The notes beneath the pieces were generated by a model. The model saw only the letters and a program-made list of their open reading frames with translations, was not told where the DNA came from and did not search any database. 59,423 nt of DNA from a virus (Duplodnaviria > Caudoviricetes): positions 1 to 59,423 of the IMG/VR virus record IMGVR_UViG_3300037313_000688; one strand, 5' to 3'. Position numbers and translations under genes: made by a program. This document shows, piece after piece, positions 45,765 to 54,642 of this stretch; positions within the stretch are counted from its first letter, which is position 1; each line of letters opens with the position of its first letter.

Positions 45765-46223
45765 TTACTTCACCAGTTCGACCCGTTGCAGGTCGGCCCA
45801 CTCCAGGGCATAAGTCCCGCCGAACAGGGAGTCGGCCAGGAGGGTGAACGACGTTGCCTTGTTCCGGTGGTCTTTTATGTCCTGGCGCAAGGCGTTGATC
45901 TGCTGCTCCAGCTCCGACACCTGGCTCGACCCGTCGAACCCGTAGTTGGTCGCCGATTTGTTGGAAAACGTTGCCACCACCTTCGCCGCCCCCTGTTGGG
46001 TGAACCCCTTGATTTTGTCGATGGACTCCTCCAAACTCTTGACCGTTGCCTCCAGCGCCGGCAGCTCGGCCTCCTTCTCCGCGGCCCTCCGGACGTGGAA
46101 CTCCACCCGCTCCAGGATCTTTTCCCGGAGGACGGTGCTGTTGATCGAGAACACGAGCCCGGGCATAATCGCGTTCTCAGTGTACACCCGCACGCGGTCA
46201 GCGAAACTGTCGTTGCCGTTCAT
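45765..46223 (-). CDS. Coiled-coil hypothetical protein
   Basis: AGGAG RBS; 152 aa. Confidence 0.65.
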   Translation of the reverse strand: MNGNDSFADRVRVYTENAIMPGLVFSINSTVLREKILERVEFHVRRAAEKEAELPALEATVKSLEESIDKIKGFTQQGAAKVVATFSNKSATNYGFDGSSQVSELEQQINALRQDIKDHRNKATSFTLLADSLFGGTYALEWADLQRVELVK

Positions 46224-46232
46224 GGTCCTCTC

Positions 46233-47762
46233 CTAGTTGTCGGAAGCCTTCATTCCCCACCGCCCCGTCTTCGGGTCTTTCAGCCACAATCCCTTGTCCA
46301 ACCAAGGCGCCCCAGGCGGCGCCACGTCGAACTCGACCTCCAGCGGGGCGATGATCCAGTCCCAGTGCTCCAGCAGCTGCTTGGACATGATGTGCTGGGC
46401 CTTGGCGATCACCACGTCCAGCTCGGACTCGTGGACGTCCATGATTAGCGAGTCGTGGATCTGGCCGATGATCCGGGTCTTGAACCCGCACCGGTCCAGC
46501 CAGCGCTGCATCTCGACCAGGCACCACAGCAGGCAGTGGAACGCCGACCCCTGGACGGCGTAGTTGATCACCTGCTTGCGGTTGTAGGCCCCCTCGACCC
46601 GGAACCCCGTGTAGTAGTCGAAGTACCCGCGACGGAGGTAGTCGGCGTACCACCGTTTCTTCCACGCCGTGTACACCGGGAACCGCTCGTTCCAGAACTT
46701 GTCCTCGATCTGCTTGACCCGGTACTCCAACGTGTTCCGCCGCGGCTTGTAGTCGTCCGGGGAGGTCTCCTTGTCCCACTCCCCCCGGGTCGTGACCCCC
46801 TGGGCCTTCAGGTGGTCGTAGATGCTGGTGGACGTTCCGGCGACGACCGCTTTGGTCCGGCCCAGCTCCTCCCAGATGTTTTTGGCACAACTCGCCCACC
46901 AGTCCCCGTAAAACTGGGGGAACACGAACTTGTTCTTGGCTATGTGCCGGGTCGTCTTTGGGTCCACCTGGTCCTTCGTCAGCCCGAACAGCTCCATCGC
47001 CGTGTCCCGGTGCATACACCTGGACTTGTCCGTCACGTACTTCAGCATGGTCGGGTCTTTGTGGTAGCACGCGGCGACCGTGACCTCGATCCCCTTGAAG
47101 TCGAACTCCACGATCTGGTAGTCGTCGCCCCGGGGGACGAACGCCCGGCGGACGATCCGCCGCAGGAGTTCCAGGCGGTTCGGCATGTTTTGGAAGTTCG
47201 GCGACGAACTACTCGACCGGAAGCTGGCGGCACCCCCCTTCCCGTCGTCCGTCGCGTTCCCCCCGGCCAGGTTGAAGAACGGGTGGATGAATCCCGCCGG
47301 CGTCACCTCCCGCATGATCCCGGCCAGGTAGGTGTTCAGCACCTTCCTCAGCTTCTCCAGCCGGACGAAGTCTCGGACGAACGGGAGGTTGACCGTCTCC
47401 AGTGCGGACTCGTCGGTCCGCACCCGCTTCTTGTCCGTCAGCCCGGCCGACTTGTGGCCGAGGACGTTGAACAGCACCTCGGCCAGTTGGGGGCGGGAGG
47501 TCAGGTTGGCCTTGTCCCCGAACCGCTTCCGCCACGCCCGGTACACCGGGTCTTTGCGCTGGGACTCCTCCAGCGCCTTTATTTCTCCGGCGATCCTCCG
47601 TTGCGTCTTCCGGACGTAGGCGGTGTCCACCCGGATGCCGTTGGCCTCCACCCTAGCCAACGCCAGGGTGCCCCGGTGGAACAGCTCGTAGGCGTCGGCA
47701 CAGTTCGCGGTTGGCTTCCCGCTCCCTGAGCCGCTTCGCCTTCTTGCGGAGTGCTTTGGCAC
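46233..47762 (-). CDS. polA: Family A DNA polymerase, polymerase domain only
   Basis: VEANGIRVD, SSSSPNFQNMP, motif A DFKGIE, motif B RHIAKNKFVFPQFYG, NYAVQGSA, motif C QIHDS; no exonuclease domain. Confidence 0.95.
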   Translation of the reverse strand: MPKHSARRRSGSGSGKPTANCADAYELFHRGTLALARVEANGIRVDTAYVRKTQRRIAGEIKALEESQRKDPVYRAWRKRFGDKANLTSRPQLAEVLFNVLGHKSAGLTDKKRVRTDESALETVNLPFVRDFVRLEKLRKVLNTYLAGIMREVTPAGFIHPFFNLAGGNATDDGKGGAASFRSSSSSPNFQNMPNRLELLRRIVRRAFVPRGDDYQIVEFDFKGIEVTVAACYHKDPTMLKYVTDKSRCMHRDTAMELFGLTKDQVDPKTTRHIAKNKFVFPQFYGDWWASCAKNIWEELGRTKAVVAGTSTSIYDHLKAQGVTTRGEWDKETSPDDYKPRRNTLEYRVKQIEDKFWNERFPVYTAWKKRWYADYLRRGYFDYYTGFRVEGAYNRKQVINYAVQGSAFHCLLWCLVEMQRWLDRCGFKTRIIGQIHDSLIMDVHESELDVVIAKAQHIMSKQLLEHWDWIIAPLEVEFDVAPPGAPWLDKGLWLKDPKTGRWGMKASDN

Positions 47763-48075
47763 GCTCGGCTTCCTCCTTCGTCCTCGGCTTCTGCTTGGCC
47801 AGTCCCCACCGGAAGACGGCCATGTTCACCGCGTGGTAGGACTCCCCCAGGACTAGGGCGATCTCCTTGACGGTCAGCCCGATCCCCCGCAGCCGGCGGA
47901 GGGACCGGAGCTTCTTCCCGCCCCACTTCTTCGGCTCGCTCCTGCGCTCGACGAACCCCCGGGTCCGCTCCGCCAGCTTGCACACCCAGCCCTTGCTGAG
48001 TCCGGTGGTCGTGGCCACCTGCTTCTGGGTCTTCCCGGCCTTCAGCATCTCCACCGCGTCTTCGGTCAGGGTCAT
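47653..48075 (-). CDS. Tandem HTH DNA-binding protein
   Basis: GKTQKQVATTTGLSKGWV and GLTVKEIALVLGESYHAV; GGAGG RBS. Confidence 0.75.
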   Translation of the reverse strand: MTLTEDAVEMLKAGKTQKQVATTTGLSKGWVCKLAERTRGFVERRSEPKKWGGKKLRSLRRLRGIGLTVKEIALVLGESYHAVNMAVFRWGLAKQKPRTKEEAERAKALRKKAKRLREREANRELCRRLRAVPPGHPGVG

Positions 48076-48118
48076 GTCGCACCTCCACCGTAGTGTACCG
48101 AGTGGGGTGCGGGACGTT

Positions 48119-48331
48119 TCACCGGTTTCCTGTTTCCGGGGAAGTTTTCGCTGGCAAAAGGTGGTGCTGCCCCGGGTGGGTTTCCTTGCCTGGTTCCCAG
48201 TCCCACCCGACGCGGGGCGGGGGTCCGACCCCGGCGACCAACACGGCCCCGGGGGTTTCGGTACAAACCGTCTCCATGTAGTCCATCCGACGCAGCTCGT
48301 CCATCCGTTTCATCAATTCGTCCACGGTCAC
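48119..48331 (-). CDS. Small hypothetical protein
   Basis: 70 aa directly after thyX. Confidence 0.45.
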   Translation of the reverse strand: MTVDELMKRMDELRRMDYMETVCTETPGAVLVAGVGPPPRVGWDWEPGKETHPGQHHLLPAKTSPETGNR

Positions 48332-48332
48332 G

Positions 48333-49334
48333 TCATACCCCTTCGTACTCGGTGCGGAGGGCCGTCGTCCCGTCCACGTCGAGCCAGACCTCGGTGTAGT
48401 CGCCGAACAGGTTCGGGGCGGCCTGGACGAGCAGTTGCCAGACCTTGTAGAAGACGACCCGGATCTCGACGTCCGCGTCCGGGTGGCACCGCTTCTCGAC
48501 CATGTGCCGCCAGGCGCGGGCGTTGGCCGTGACCATGATTTTCGTCTCGGTCGCGTTCGGTAAGAGGGACCGGGCGGCCCCGCGTGCCGCCTTCCGGACT
48601 TTGGTTTTCGTCTCCTGTTTCAACCCCTTCGGCCAGTCGTTTGTGTATGGGGCTACACCTCTAGGGTAGTTCATGGAGTCGGACACGTCGTCGGTCCACT
48701 TGTCGTACAGCTTCCGGTAGATTCGGTTCTGGACGTCGTTGACCTTCTTCTCATACGCCTTCTGAGCGATGTGCGTCGCGTCGATCCACTCCCGCCCGAC
48801 TTCCAATCGCTGCCACAGTTCCGGCGGGTTCTCGGTCGGGTGAAACTTGGCGGTGTAGTGACCGAATATCTCCAGTTCGGGGGCGAAGTCGTGCTGGAGG
48901 AATCCGACCATAAATCCTCCGAACCCCTCGGCCAGTTGCACCTCCTCCTTCAGCTCGGGAGGAACGACGAACGTGCCGTCGTGCTCGACGTACCGCTGGC
49001 TGAGCTGGGAGTACGCCGTCCCGACCCGGTGCCGGACGAGTTCGTGGGTGAACGACCGGCTGACCCCGGTGAAGATGATGCCGAAGTTGCTATGCTCCAG
49101 CACGCTGCCGTGGCCGACCTGCTTGATGTGCCGGATGTATGCCGCGTTCCCCCCGGGCCTGGGGTTGTCGAAGCTCATGTAGCAGAGGCGGCCGGCAACC
49201 TCTGGCAGTTCGTCCCCGGTGGTCGTGCAGTCCGACCGCCAGCCAGCCCCGAGTTCGTCCAGGAACTTGTACAGGTCCGGGTGGCCGACCGGCTGGGACG
49301 CGAGGTACAGTTTCGGCTCGTAGACCAGGTTCAT
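48333..49334 (-). CDS. thyX: FAD-dependent thymidylate synthase
   Basis: AGRLCY, GHGSVLEH, SRSFTHELVRHR, SQLSQRYV, ARSLLPNATET, NARAWRH. Confidence 0.97.
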   Translation of the reverse strand: MNLVYEPKLYLASQPVGHPDLYKFLDELGAGWRSDCTTTGDELPEVAGRLCYMSFDNPRPGGNAAYIRHIKQVGHGSVLEHSNFGIIFTGVSRSFTHELVRHRVGTAYSQLSQRYVEHDGTFVVPPELKEEVQLAEGFGGFMVGFLQHDFAPELEIFGHYTAKFHPTENPPELWQRLEVGREWIDATHIAQKAYEKKVNDVQNRIYRKLYDKWTDDVSDSMNYPRGVAPYTNDWPKGLKQETKTKVRKAARGAARSLLPNATETKIMVTANARAWRHMVEKRCHPDADVEIRVVFYKVWQLLVQAAPNLFGDYTEVWLDVDGTTALRTEYEGV

Positions 49335-49344
49335 CGGTTTCCCC

Positions 49345-49974
49345 CTAGTAGGCGGTGCGGTCGGATACGGTCCGGTTGACCAGGTGGAGCAGCTCGTTGG
49401 CGTTGGCCGGGTGGGTCGCCACCAGGTCCACCCCGGCCTTGCGGAACCGCTCGTGGTCGGTGTCGTCGGCCCCGGCCACCAGGACCAACAGGCACTTGAA
49501 CCGCTTGCTCAGGTTCGCCTCGACCTCGGCCGCCCGGAGCCGCTTGGCGAACTCCGTCACCCGGACCGACCCGAGCGATCCGTCCATGACGATGCAGTCC
49601 GGCGGGGACAGGGTGAACTCGCACCCGAGGCTGAACCAGTCGTCGCCGAACGGGAGGACGGTACACCCGCCCCCGGTCAGGACGGTGGCTATGGCAGCCG
49701 CGTCCCCAGGAGTGTGGCCGATCAGGAACACCTTCGGCCCGCTCCCCTCCCCCAGCGCTCCCAGGGGCATGTTGTGCTTCTTGAGGAACTGGACCAGGCT
49801 GTCCCGCGGGATGCGGCGGTCGTTGCTCCCGGGGATGCGGTAGCCCTTCAACTTGCCGTCGTCGAACCACTTGCTGACCGTCCGCGGGGCCACCCGGACC
49901 AGCTTGGAAATCTGGCCGGTGGTGAACACTTGCTGGAGGCGGGTGTTCACCTTGTGCAGCATCGGGCCGCTCAT
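49345..49974 (-). CDS. HTH_17/excisionase-type HTH fused to an atypical receiver domain (planctomycete-type regulator)
   Basis: VFTTGQISKLVRVAPRTVSKWFDDGKLKGYRIPGSNDRRIPR; PPDCIVMD receiver motif. Confidence 0.88.
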   Translation of the reverse strand: MSGPMLHKVNTRLQQVFTTGQISKLVRVAPRTVSKWFDDGKLKGYRIPGSNDRRIPRDSLVQFLKKHNMPLGALGEGSGPKVFLIGHTPGDAAAIATVLTGGGCTVLPFGDDWFSLGCEFTLSPPDCIVMDGSLGSVRVTEFAKRLRAAEVEANLSKRFKCLLVLVAGADDTDHERFRKAGVDLVATHPANANELLHLVNRTVSDRTAY

Positions 49975-49990
49975 CTCGTCCTCTCCGGGC

Positions 49991-51208
49991 TTAGGGTTTG
50001 GCGTGTACCTGCTTCCACAGCTTCCGACAGATCGTCCACTCCAACAGAGCATCGAGACCATTGTACAAAAGTAAATCTGACAATGGTAATTCTGTAATAC
50101 GGTTCGGGGAGTTCCCCCCTCCGTCCTTCGGCTTTAGGAACGGCTTGACGGCCGTCGAGTAGTCCTCCTCCCCCAGAATGGCGAACGCCTGGAACTTGAG
50201 GGACACGACGTTCGGCCGGTTGTCCAGGACGTGGGCCGCGGTCATGCCGTCGAACGCCCACCCGCGGACCCCGTGCCCGAACTCCTTCAGGCACCACCGC
50301 TCCTCGAACTTCATGTTCCAGCCGAACTTCGGGACGTCCGCACACCTGAGTAGCATTTTTGTCTGGAAAGCCGTTTCCTCAGTCCACGGGTAAGCGACGG
50401 TCCGTCGTCCGTCGCTTACCGCACACGACACGATCCTCGCGTCCGGGTGGTCCGGCTTCAACCGGTCGGTCTCAAAGTCGAACGCGACCGGACGGAACCT
50501 GCCCTGCTTCTGTAGGGTAAACTCGAAGATGAACCGGCACGCCACCTTCGGTTCGACCAGAACAGATACCTGCTTTCGGTAGTCCGGCACGTCGTCCCAC
50601 GGCGGGTTGTCGGCGAGTGCCACCGCCTGGGCCAGGTGCCGCTCGTAGAACCGGTCCAGGACCGGACTCTTGGCCCGGAGCAGGTACGCCGGGTGCCAGG
50701 TCGGGCACACCCAGCAGTTCCACTTCTGCAACGGGATTCGCCACCCCGTCCACTTGCCGATCTTTTCCTTCCGGTCCTTCCACACCGCCCCGAGCACACT
50801 CCTGAGCGCTGACTCCCCGAGGGTGATTATGACGTTCGGCTTCAGCTCGTTGACGGTGTTGACCAGGTTCGGCCGGCAGTGGTCGATCGCGTTCTCATGA
50901 AGCTCGTTGCCGGGCGGTCGGCAGATCGCCGCGTTGGTCAACCAGCAGTCCTGCCGCATGTTGACCCCGAACTTACGCAGGGTGGACTCCAGTTGCCGGC
51001 CGGAGTTGCCCACAAGTTGGACACCTTGGCGGTCCTCCTGCTCCCCCGGCGCCTCGGCCACCACCAGGATCTTCTTCCGTCCACGTCCGCTCGGGGGCAT
51101 TTTGGGGGACTGGCACGTCTTGTCCAACCCGCACGCCCGGCACTGGGGGAGGCGGGGGACGGTCGGACCCACCACCGTCAGTTGGACCGGGGAAAACAAG
51201 CCGTCCAT
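49991..51208 (-). CDS. Family 4 uracil-DNA glycosylase domain fused to a DnaQ-like 3'-5' exonuclease
   Basis: CRACGL, VAEAPGEQED, TNAAICRP, WHPAYLLR; ExoI AFDFET, ExoII GWNMKFE, ExoIII YNGLDA. Confidence 0.92.
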   Translation of the reverse strand: MDGLFSPVQLTVVGPTVPRLPQCRACGLDKTCQSPKMPPSGRGRKKILVVAEAPGEQEDRQGVQLVGNSGRQLESTLRKFGVNMRQDCWLTNAAICRPPGNELHENAIDHCRPNLVNTVNELKPNVIITLGESALRSVLGAVWKDRKEKIGKWTGWRIPLQKWNCWVCPTWHPAYLLRAKSPVLDRFYERHLAQAVALADNPPWDDVPDYRKQVSVLVEPKVACRFIFEFTLQKQGRFRPVAFDFETDRLKPDHPDARIVSCAVSDGRRTVAYPWTEETAFQTKMLLRCADVPKFGWNMKFEERWCLKEFGHGVRGWAFDGMTAAHVLDNRPNVVSLKFQAFAILGEEDYSTAVKPFLKPKDGGGNSPNRITELPLSDLLLYNGLDALLEWTICRKLWKQVHAKP

Positions 51209-51353
51209 CTCGCACGTACCCGGTACAGTTGCACCCCGGGGAGCCGAAACACACCTGAACCGTCGCCGGGGCGTAGCCGACGGTGTGGTGCCCGAGGCGG
51301 TGGCCGCACGCCCCGCACCGGAGGTCGTAGTTTGCGGGCAGCGGGGTCGTCAT
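50973..51353 (-). CDS. Small Cys/His-rich protein
   Basis: CGACGH..GHH...C...GCNC; the 3' part overlaps the UDG gene. Confidence 0.4.
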   Translation of the reverse strand: MTTPLPANYDLRCGACGHRLGHHTVGYAPATVQVCFGSPGCNCTGYVRDGRLVFPGPTDGGGSDRPPPPPVPGVRVGQDVPVPQNAPERTWTEEDPGGGRGAGGAGGPPRCPTCGQLRPATGVHPA

Positions 51354-51357
51354 GTAC

Positions 51358-52434
51358 TCAGGCCTCCGCTTCCTCGGGTACTTCGGCATCTTCCACCCCC
51401 GCCGGCTCGAACTCGTCCACCGCCCCCAAACAGCTCATATAGCTGAACGACCCGGAGTTGACGACGATCCGGTTCCCTGACACCAGACAGTCGTTGTACC
51501 GCTCGGCGATCTTGGCCAGGATGCGGGGGGAGATGAGGAACGCCATGTCCGGCCCGGTGTACTTGCACTTCCGCACCTCGGCGTACCACCCGGACACCCC
51601 GCGCCCCCTCAGCCTCAGCTTGCCCGCCCGCAGCTCCACCTTGAGCACGTTGTTGTCGGCGTTCTCGGCGGAGAAGATCTCGGCCGTCTCGCACGCCTGG
51701 GCCAGCCCCTTCGGCAGCACGGCCGGCTTACCGTTCTCGGCGACGAAGAACCCCTTCAGGTCGGTCGCGTACTCCTCCGCGTGCCGGCGGACCGACAGGA
51801 CCAGCCCGGCCGGGTTTTTGAAGTGGACCCAGTTCTCGGTCAGCGACACCTTGGTCATGCCCAGGTCCACGACGTGCTTGATGGCGCTGGCCCGGACCAT
51901 CGTCGGCTCGGAGAGGCCGGTCCTCATGCGGAACCGCATGGCCTGGTAGTTGTCCGTCGCCTCCACCCACTTCGGGTGCAGCCGGACGCAGGTCAGCACG
52001 AACTTCTGCTCGTCCGTCCCGGTGCAGTCCTTGGCGATGGACACCGCCTCGGCGAAGTCCTCGTGCAGCTCCTCCCAGTCCCCGGGCGGCTGGAGGCCGT
52101 CCAGGGGAAGCAGGATCTCGGCGTCCATTGCCACCCCCGACTGCTTGCGCTTGCCGGTGACGACGAACTCCCCGCCCTTCACCTCGACCCCGATCTCGTC
52201 CTCGGGGAGTTGGCGCAGGAGCTTGAGCAGGGGGACGGCCTGGACCGCCCCGGTGATCTCCTTCGGCAGCCCGGACTTCCACCGGCACCCGACCTCGTCG
52301 TTGAACGTCACCACCCGGCCGCCCTTGAAGACGAACGAGTTGCACTGGTCCACCAGCTCTTTTGCGGACAGGCCGGCTTGGACGGACTCCAGCCCTTGCA
52401 GGAACTCGGCCCGGTTGAGTCGCACGGCGGGCAT
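51358..52434 (-). CDS. dnaN: Sliding clamp (DnaN beta-like)
   Basis: LNRAEFLQGLESV, VVTFNDE, LLKLLRQLPEDEI, FVLTCV, VEATDNYQA; ~358 aa; AGGAG RBS. Confidence 0.8.
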   Translation of the reverse strand: MPAVRLNRAEFLQGLESVQAGLSAKELVDQCNSFVFKGGRVVTFNDEVGCRWKSGLPKEITGAVQAVPLLKLLRQLPEDEIGVEVKGGEFVVTGKRKQSGVAMDAEILLPLDGLQPPGDWEELHEDFAEAVSIAKDCTGTDEQKFVLTCVRLHPKWVEATDNYQAMRFRMRTGLSEPTMVRASAIKHVVDLGMTKVSLTENWVHFKNPAGLVLSVRRHAEEYATDLKGFFVAENGKPAVLPKGLAQACETAEIFSAENADNNVLKVELRAGKLRLRGRGVSGWYAEVRKCKYTGPDMAFLISPRILAKIAERYNDCLVSGNRIVVNSGSFSYMSCLGAVDEFEPAGVEDAEVPEEAEA

Positions 52435-52436
52435 GG

Positions 52437-52658
52437 TCACTCCTTGGGGGACAGGTGGTGTGCTTCGGCGAACCCTTTGGTCATCGTCACCAGCCAGTGG
52501 GTGCCGGCGTTCAGGGCTTTCAGGCACTCGCTCGACGGGAGTGGGATCTTGCGTTTGAACTTGTCCCCCGGCTTCTCCGGCAGGGTGAGGACCAGGGTGT
52601 CCCCCTTTACCTCGACCTCCGAGACGCTGACTGTCACGAAATCGCTTTCGGTTTTCAC
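52437..52658 (-). CDS. Small beta-barrel protein (paralog 3)
   Basis: IPLPSSEC...LVTMTKGFAEAHHL. Confidence 0.65.
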   Translation of the reverse strand: MKTESDFVTVSVSEVEVKGDTLVLTLPEKPGDKFKRKIPLPSSECLKALNAGTHWLVTMTKGFAEAHHLSPKE

Positions 52659-52960
52659 TTACCGGCCTCCGGGGCGGGCAGGGCTTCGTGGTTCAGGTTG
52701 TGCCGCATGGCGAACCCCTTGGTCACGTAGATCGACTGATCCCCCTCCTTGGCCGGGGAGCACTCGACCACCTCTTTCTTGCTCACCCACACCTCGGCGC
52801 TGTCCTTGAACCCGAGGTGCGTGGCCATTCGGAGGCGTAGGGCGAGGTCGGTCGCCTCGACCACGGTCGCCCCGAGCAGTCGGACCGGGGTCTTGTCGAA
52901 GTAGGCGTCCTCCGGCAGCGGGAACGGGTCGGGCACCTCGACCGGGTTGGCGTCGCTCAT
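52655..52960 (-). CDS. Small beta-barrel protein (paralog 2)
   Basis: ATDLAL...VWVSKKEV...IYVTKGFAMRHNL; GGAGG RBS. Confidence 0.7.
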   Translation of the reverse strand: MSDANPVEVPDPFPLPEDAYFDKTPVRLLGATVVEATDLALRLRMATHLGFKDSAEVWVSKKEVVECSPAKEGDQSIYVTKGFAMRHNLNHEALPAPEAGK

Positions 52961-53175
52961 CACTCGCCTCCTTCCAGGTTGGCTTTCTTGGCGAACCATT
53001 CGGTGATCGACACCGTTACGTCGGTGTCCCCTTGCTTCAGGTTGTCCCCCTCGTCGGCGATCTGGCTCAGGGGTATCCACTCCTGCCCGTGGTCCGGGAC
53101 GTCCACCAGCATCGCCTTGTCCGTCACCTTGACGACGGCGCACCCGGTCAGGTGTACGTAGTTGCTGTAACCCAC
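52960..53175 (-). CDS. Small beta-barrel protein (paralog 1)
   Basis: VTDKAML...EWIPLSQI...VSITEWFAKKANL; GGAGG RBS. Confidence 0.75.
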   Translation of the reverse strand: MGYSNYVHLTGCAVVKVTDKAMLVDVPDHGQEWIPLSQIADEGDNLKQGDTDVTVSITEWFAKKANLEGGE

Positions 53176-53176
53176 G

Positions 53177-53356
53177 TCAGTCCTCCACCCTCACGGGTTT
53201 GCCCGTCTTCCGGGCCTTGATGATGCGGCCGAACCTCTTGTCGGGCTTGCCCGACTTGTGGTACGTCGCGTAGGTCAGCATGATGTTGGCCTTGCGGCCG
53301 AGGGTGTGCTCCGGGTTCGCCCGGGTGCCCCCGTTGCCACTGTAAAAGATTAAAAT
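53177..53356 (-). CDS. Small basic protein, candidate ATT start
   Basis: GGGAGGG 7 nt upstream of an in-frame ATT; reads (M)LIFYSGNGG. Confidence 0.5.
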   Translation of the reverse strand: MLIFYSGNGGTRANPEHTLGRKANIMLTYATYHKSGKPDKRFGRIIKARKTGKPVRVED

Positions 53357-53358
53357 TG

Positions 53359-54063
53359 CTAAACCCTCCCCGTCCCGTTGCAGTAACTGCACGGGGGGTT
53401 GGACTTGTCCCCGGCACTTCCTAGCAGAACTTTGGACCCGTCGCACATCGGACACACCCTGTTACCATTCACATCCCCCCGGTCGTCGGGCAGGGGCAGA
53501 TGGGGAACCCTCGGGATGCTGACGACCCCCTTGTGGCTGAACGCCACCATACTTCCCGGGGCTACCGGCGCTCCTGCCACCGTCTTCTCGAATTTGGCTC
53601 CCGCTCGCTTAATTTCTAGCTCTAATCTCTCCTGGGCTTCCCGCCGCTCCCTCTCCTCCGCCCGCTCGTCCTGGTTCCGCAGGTCCAGGGCGTCGATCAG
53701 CCGCTGGACCTCGCCCATGTCGTTCGGGGTCGGGAGGGTGAGCGCCTGGACCATCCCCTTGGCGTGCAGGTGGAACCGCCCGTCCTCGTTGCTGACCATC
53801 AGTGTGTAGTACGGGTTGGACAGCTCGCGGTAGTTGGTGTTGTGATTCAGCAGAAACCCGGCCAGGGTCAGCTCCTCACCGGTCACGGGAGTCTCGTCGG
53901 TGTACTTGTACCACTTCACCCGGACGGTGTTGCTCATGGTCGGCGCCGGAAAAGACTGGCCCCAACTGTTTTTGATGGTGCCGGTGAACACCGCGGGAGG
54001 GACACCAATCCCCGCCATCAGGGTGTCAACGATCTTTCCCACCTTCCCCTTTACGTCGCTCAC
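53359..54063 (-). CDS. Hypothetical protein with C-terminal DnaJ-type Zn-finger repeats
   Basis: GGAGG RBS and GTG 54063; CPMCDGSK...CSYCNGTG. Confidence 0.7.
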   Translation of the reverse strand: MSDVKGKVGKIVDTLMAGIGVPPAVFTGTIKNSWGQSFPAPTMSNTVRVKWYKYTDETPVTGEELTLAGFLLNHNTNYRELSNPYYTLMVSNEDGRFHLHAKGMVQALTLPTPNDMGEVQRLIDALDLRNQDERAEERERREAQERLELEIKRAGAKFEKTVAGAPVAPGSMVAFSHKGVVSIPRVPHLPLPDDRGDVNGNRVCPMCDGSKVLLGSAGDKSNPPCSYCNGTGRV

Positions 54064-54134
54064 GGGAGCCTCCGGACGTGGTGAGGGCGGCGTGGGGGTA
54101 GGTCCGTCCCACCCCCACCACCCGAGCTGGTACG

Positions 54135-54578
54135 TCACCCGGTCGGACTGGCCGCCGCCTGCCAGTCCTTCAGCTTCTGAGCGAGTTCGGCCTTGGTCGG
54201 ACACGCCCCCTCCCCGAACTTCAGGACGATGGAGTGGACCCTGGCCCAGTCCGGGTCGGACCGGCGCTTCGGCTCGACCTTGCACAGCGGGACGTCGCGT
54301 AGGAAGGCATAGGCGAGCAGGGCAGACCGCTGCTCGCCCCGCACGTCCTTAGTCCGGTGGAAGTACAGGCTGACTCGCAGGGCGTCGTCCCGGCCGTACA
54401 CCCGGGGGTCGGTCTCCCCGGTCAGCAGACTGGTCCGGACCTGTCCCTTCGCCCGGTACTCCTCCAGCCGGATGATCCGGGCCTCGGCGGCCAGGGACTT
54501 GACCTTGACCTTCAGCATCTTCAGCATGGGAACCTTGGTCTTCACGGGAAACCTCGTGTGAGTGTGTATGAAGCGCAC
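54135..54578 (-). CDS. Basic phage hypothetical protein
   Basis: LKVKVKSLAAEARIIR...LLAYAFLR; start uncertain. Confidence 0.7.
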   Translation of the reverse strand: MRFIHTHTRFPVKTKVPMLKMLKVKVKSLAAEARIIRLEEYRAKGQVRTSLLTGETDPRVYGRDDALRVSLYFHRTKDVRGEQRSALLAYAFLRDVPLCKVEPKRRSDPDWARVHSIVLKFGEGACPTKAELAQKLKDWQAAASPTG

Positions 54579-54642
54579 GACTTACAGCACACGTCACCGG
54601 CGGTGCCCGGCATCTACCCCCACTTCATGGTAAGCTCCTAAA

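Noticed and set aside
47762-49991. Intron or intein explaining the polymerase split
   Set aside because: The gap contains ordinary genes (thyX, regulator, HTH), with no homing endonuclease or splice/intein motifs that I can see
50040-50100. AT-rich patch as an internal promoter for the regulator gene
   Set aside because: TACAAT is present on the minus strand but there is no properly spaced -35; insufficient support
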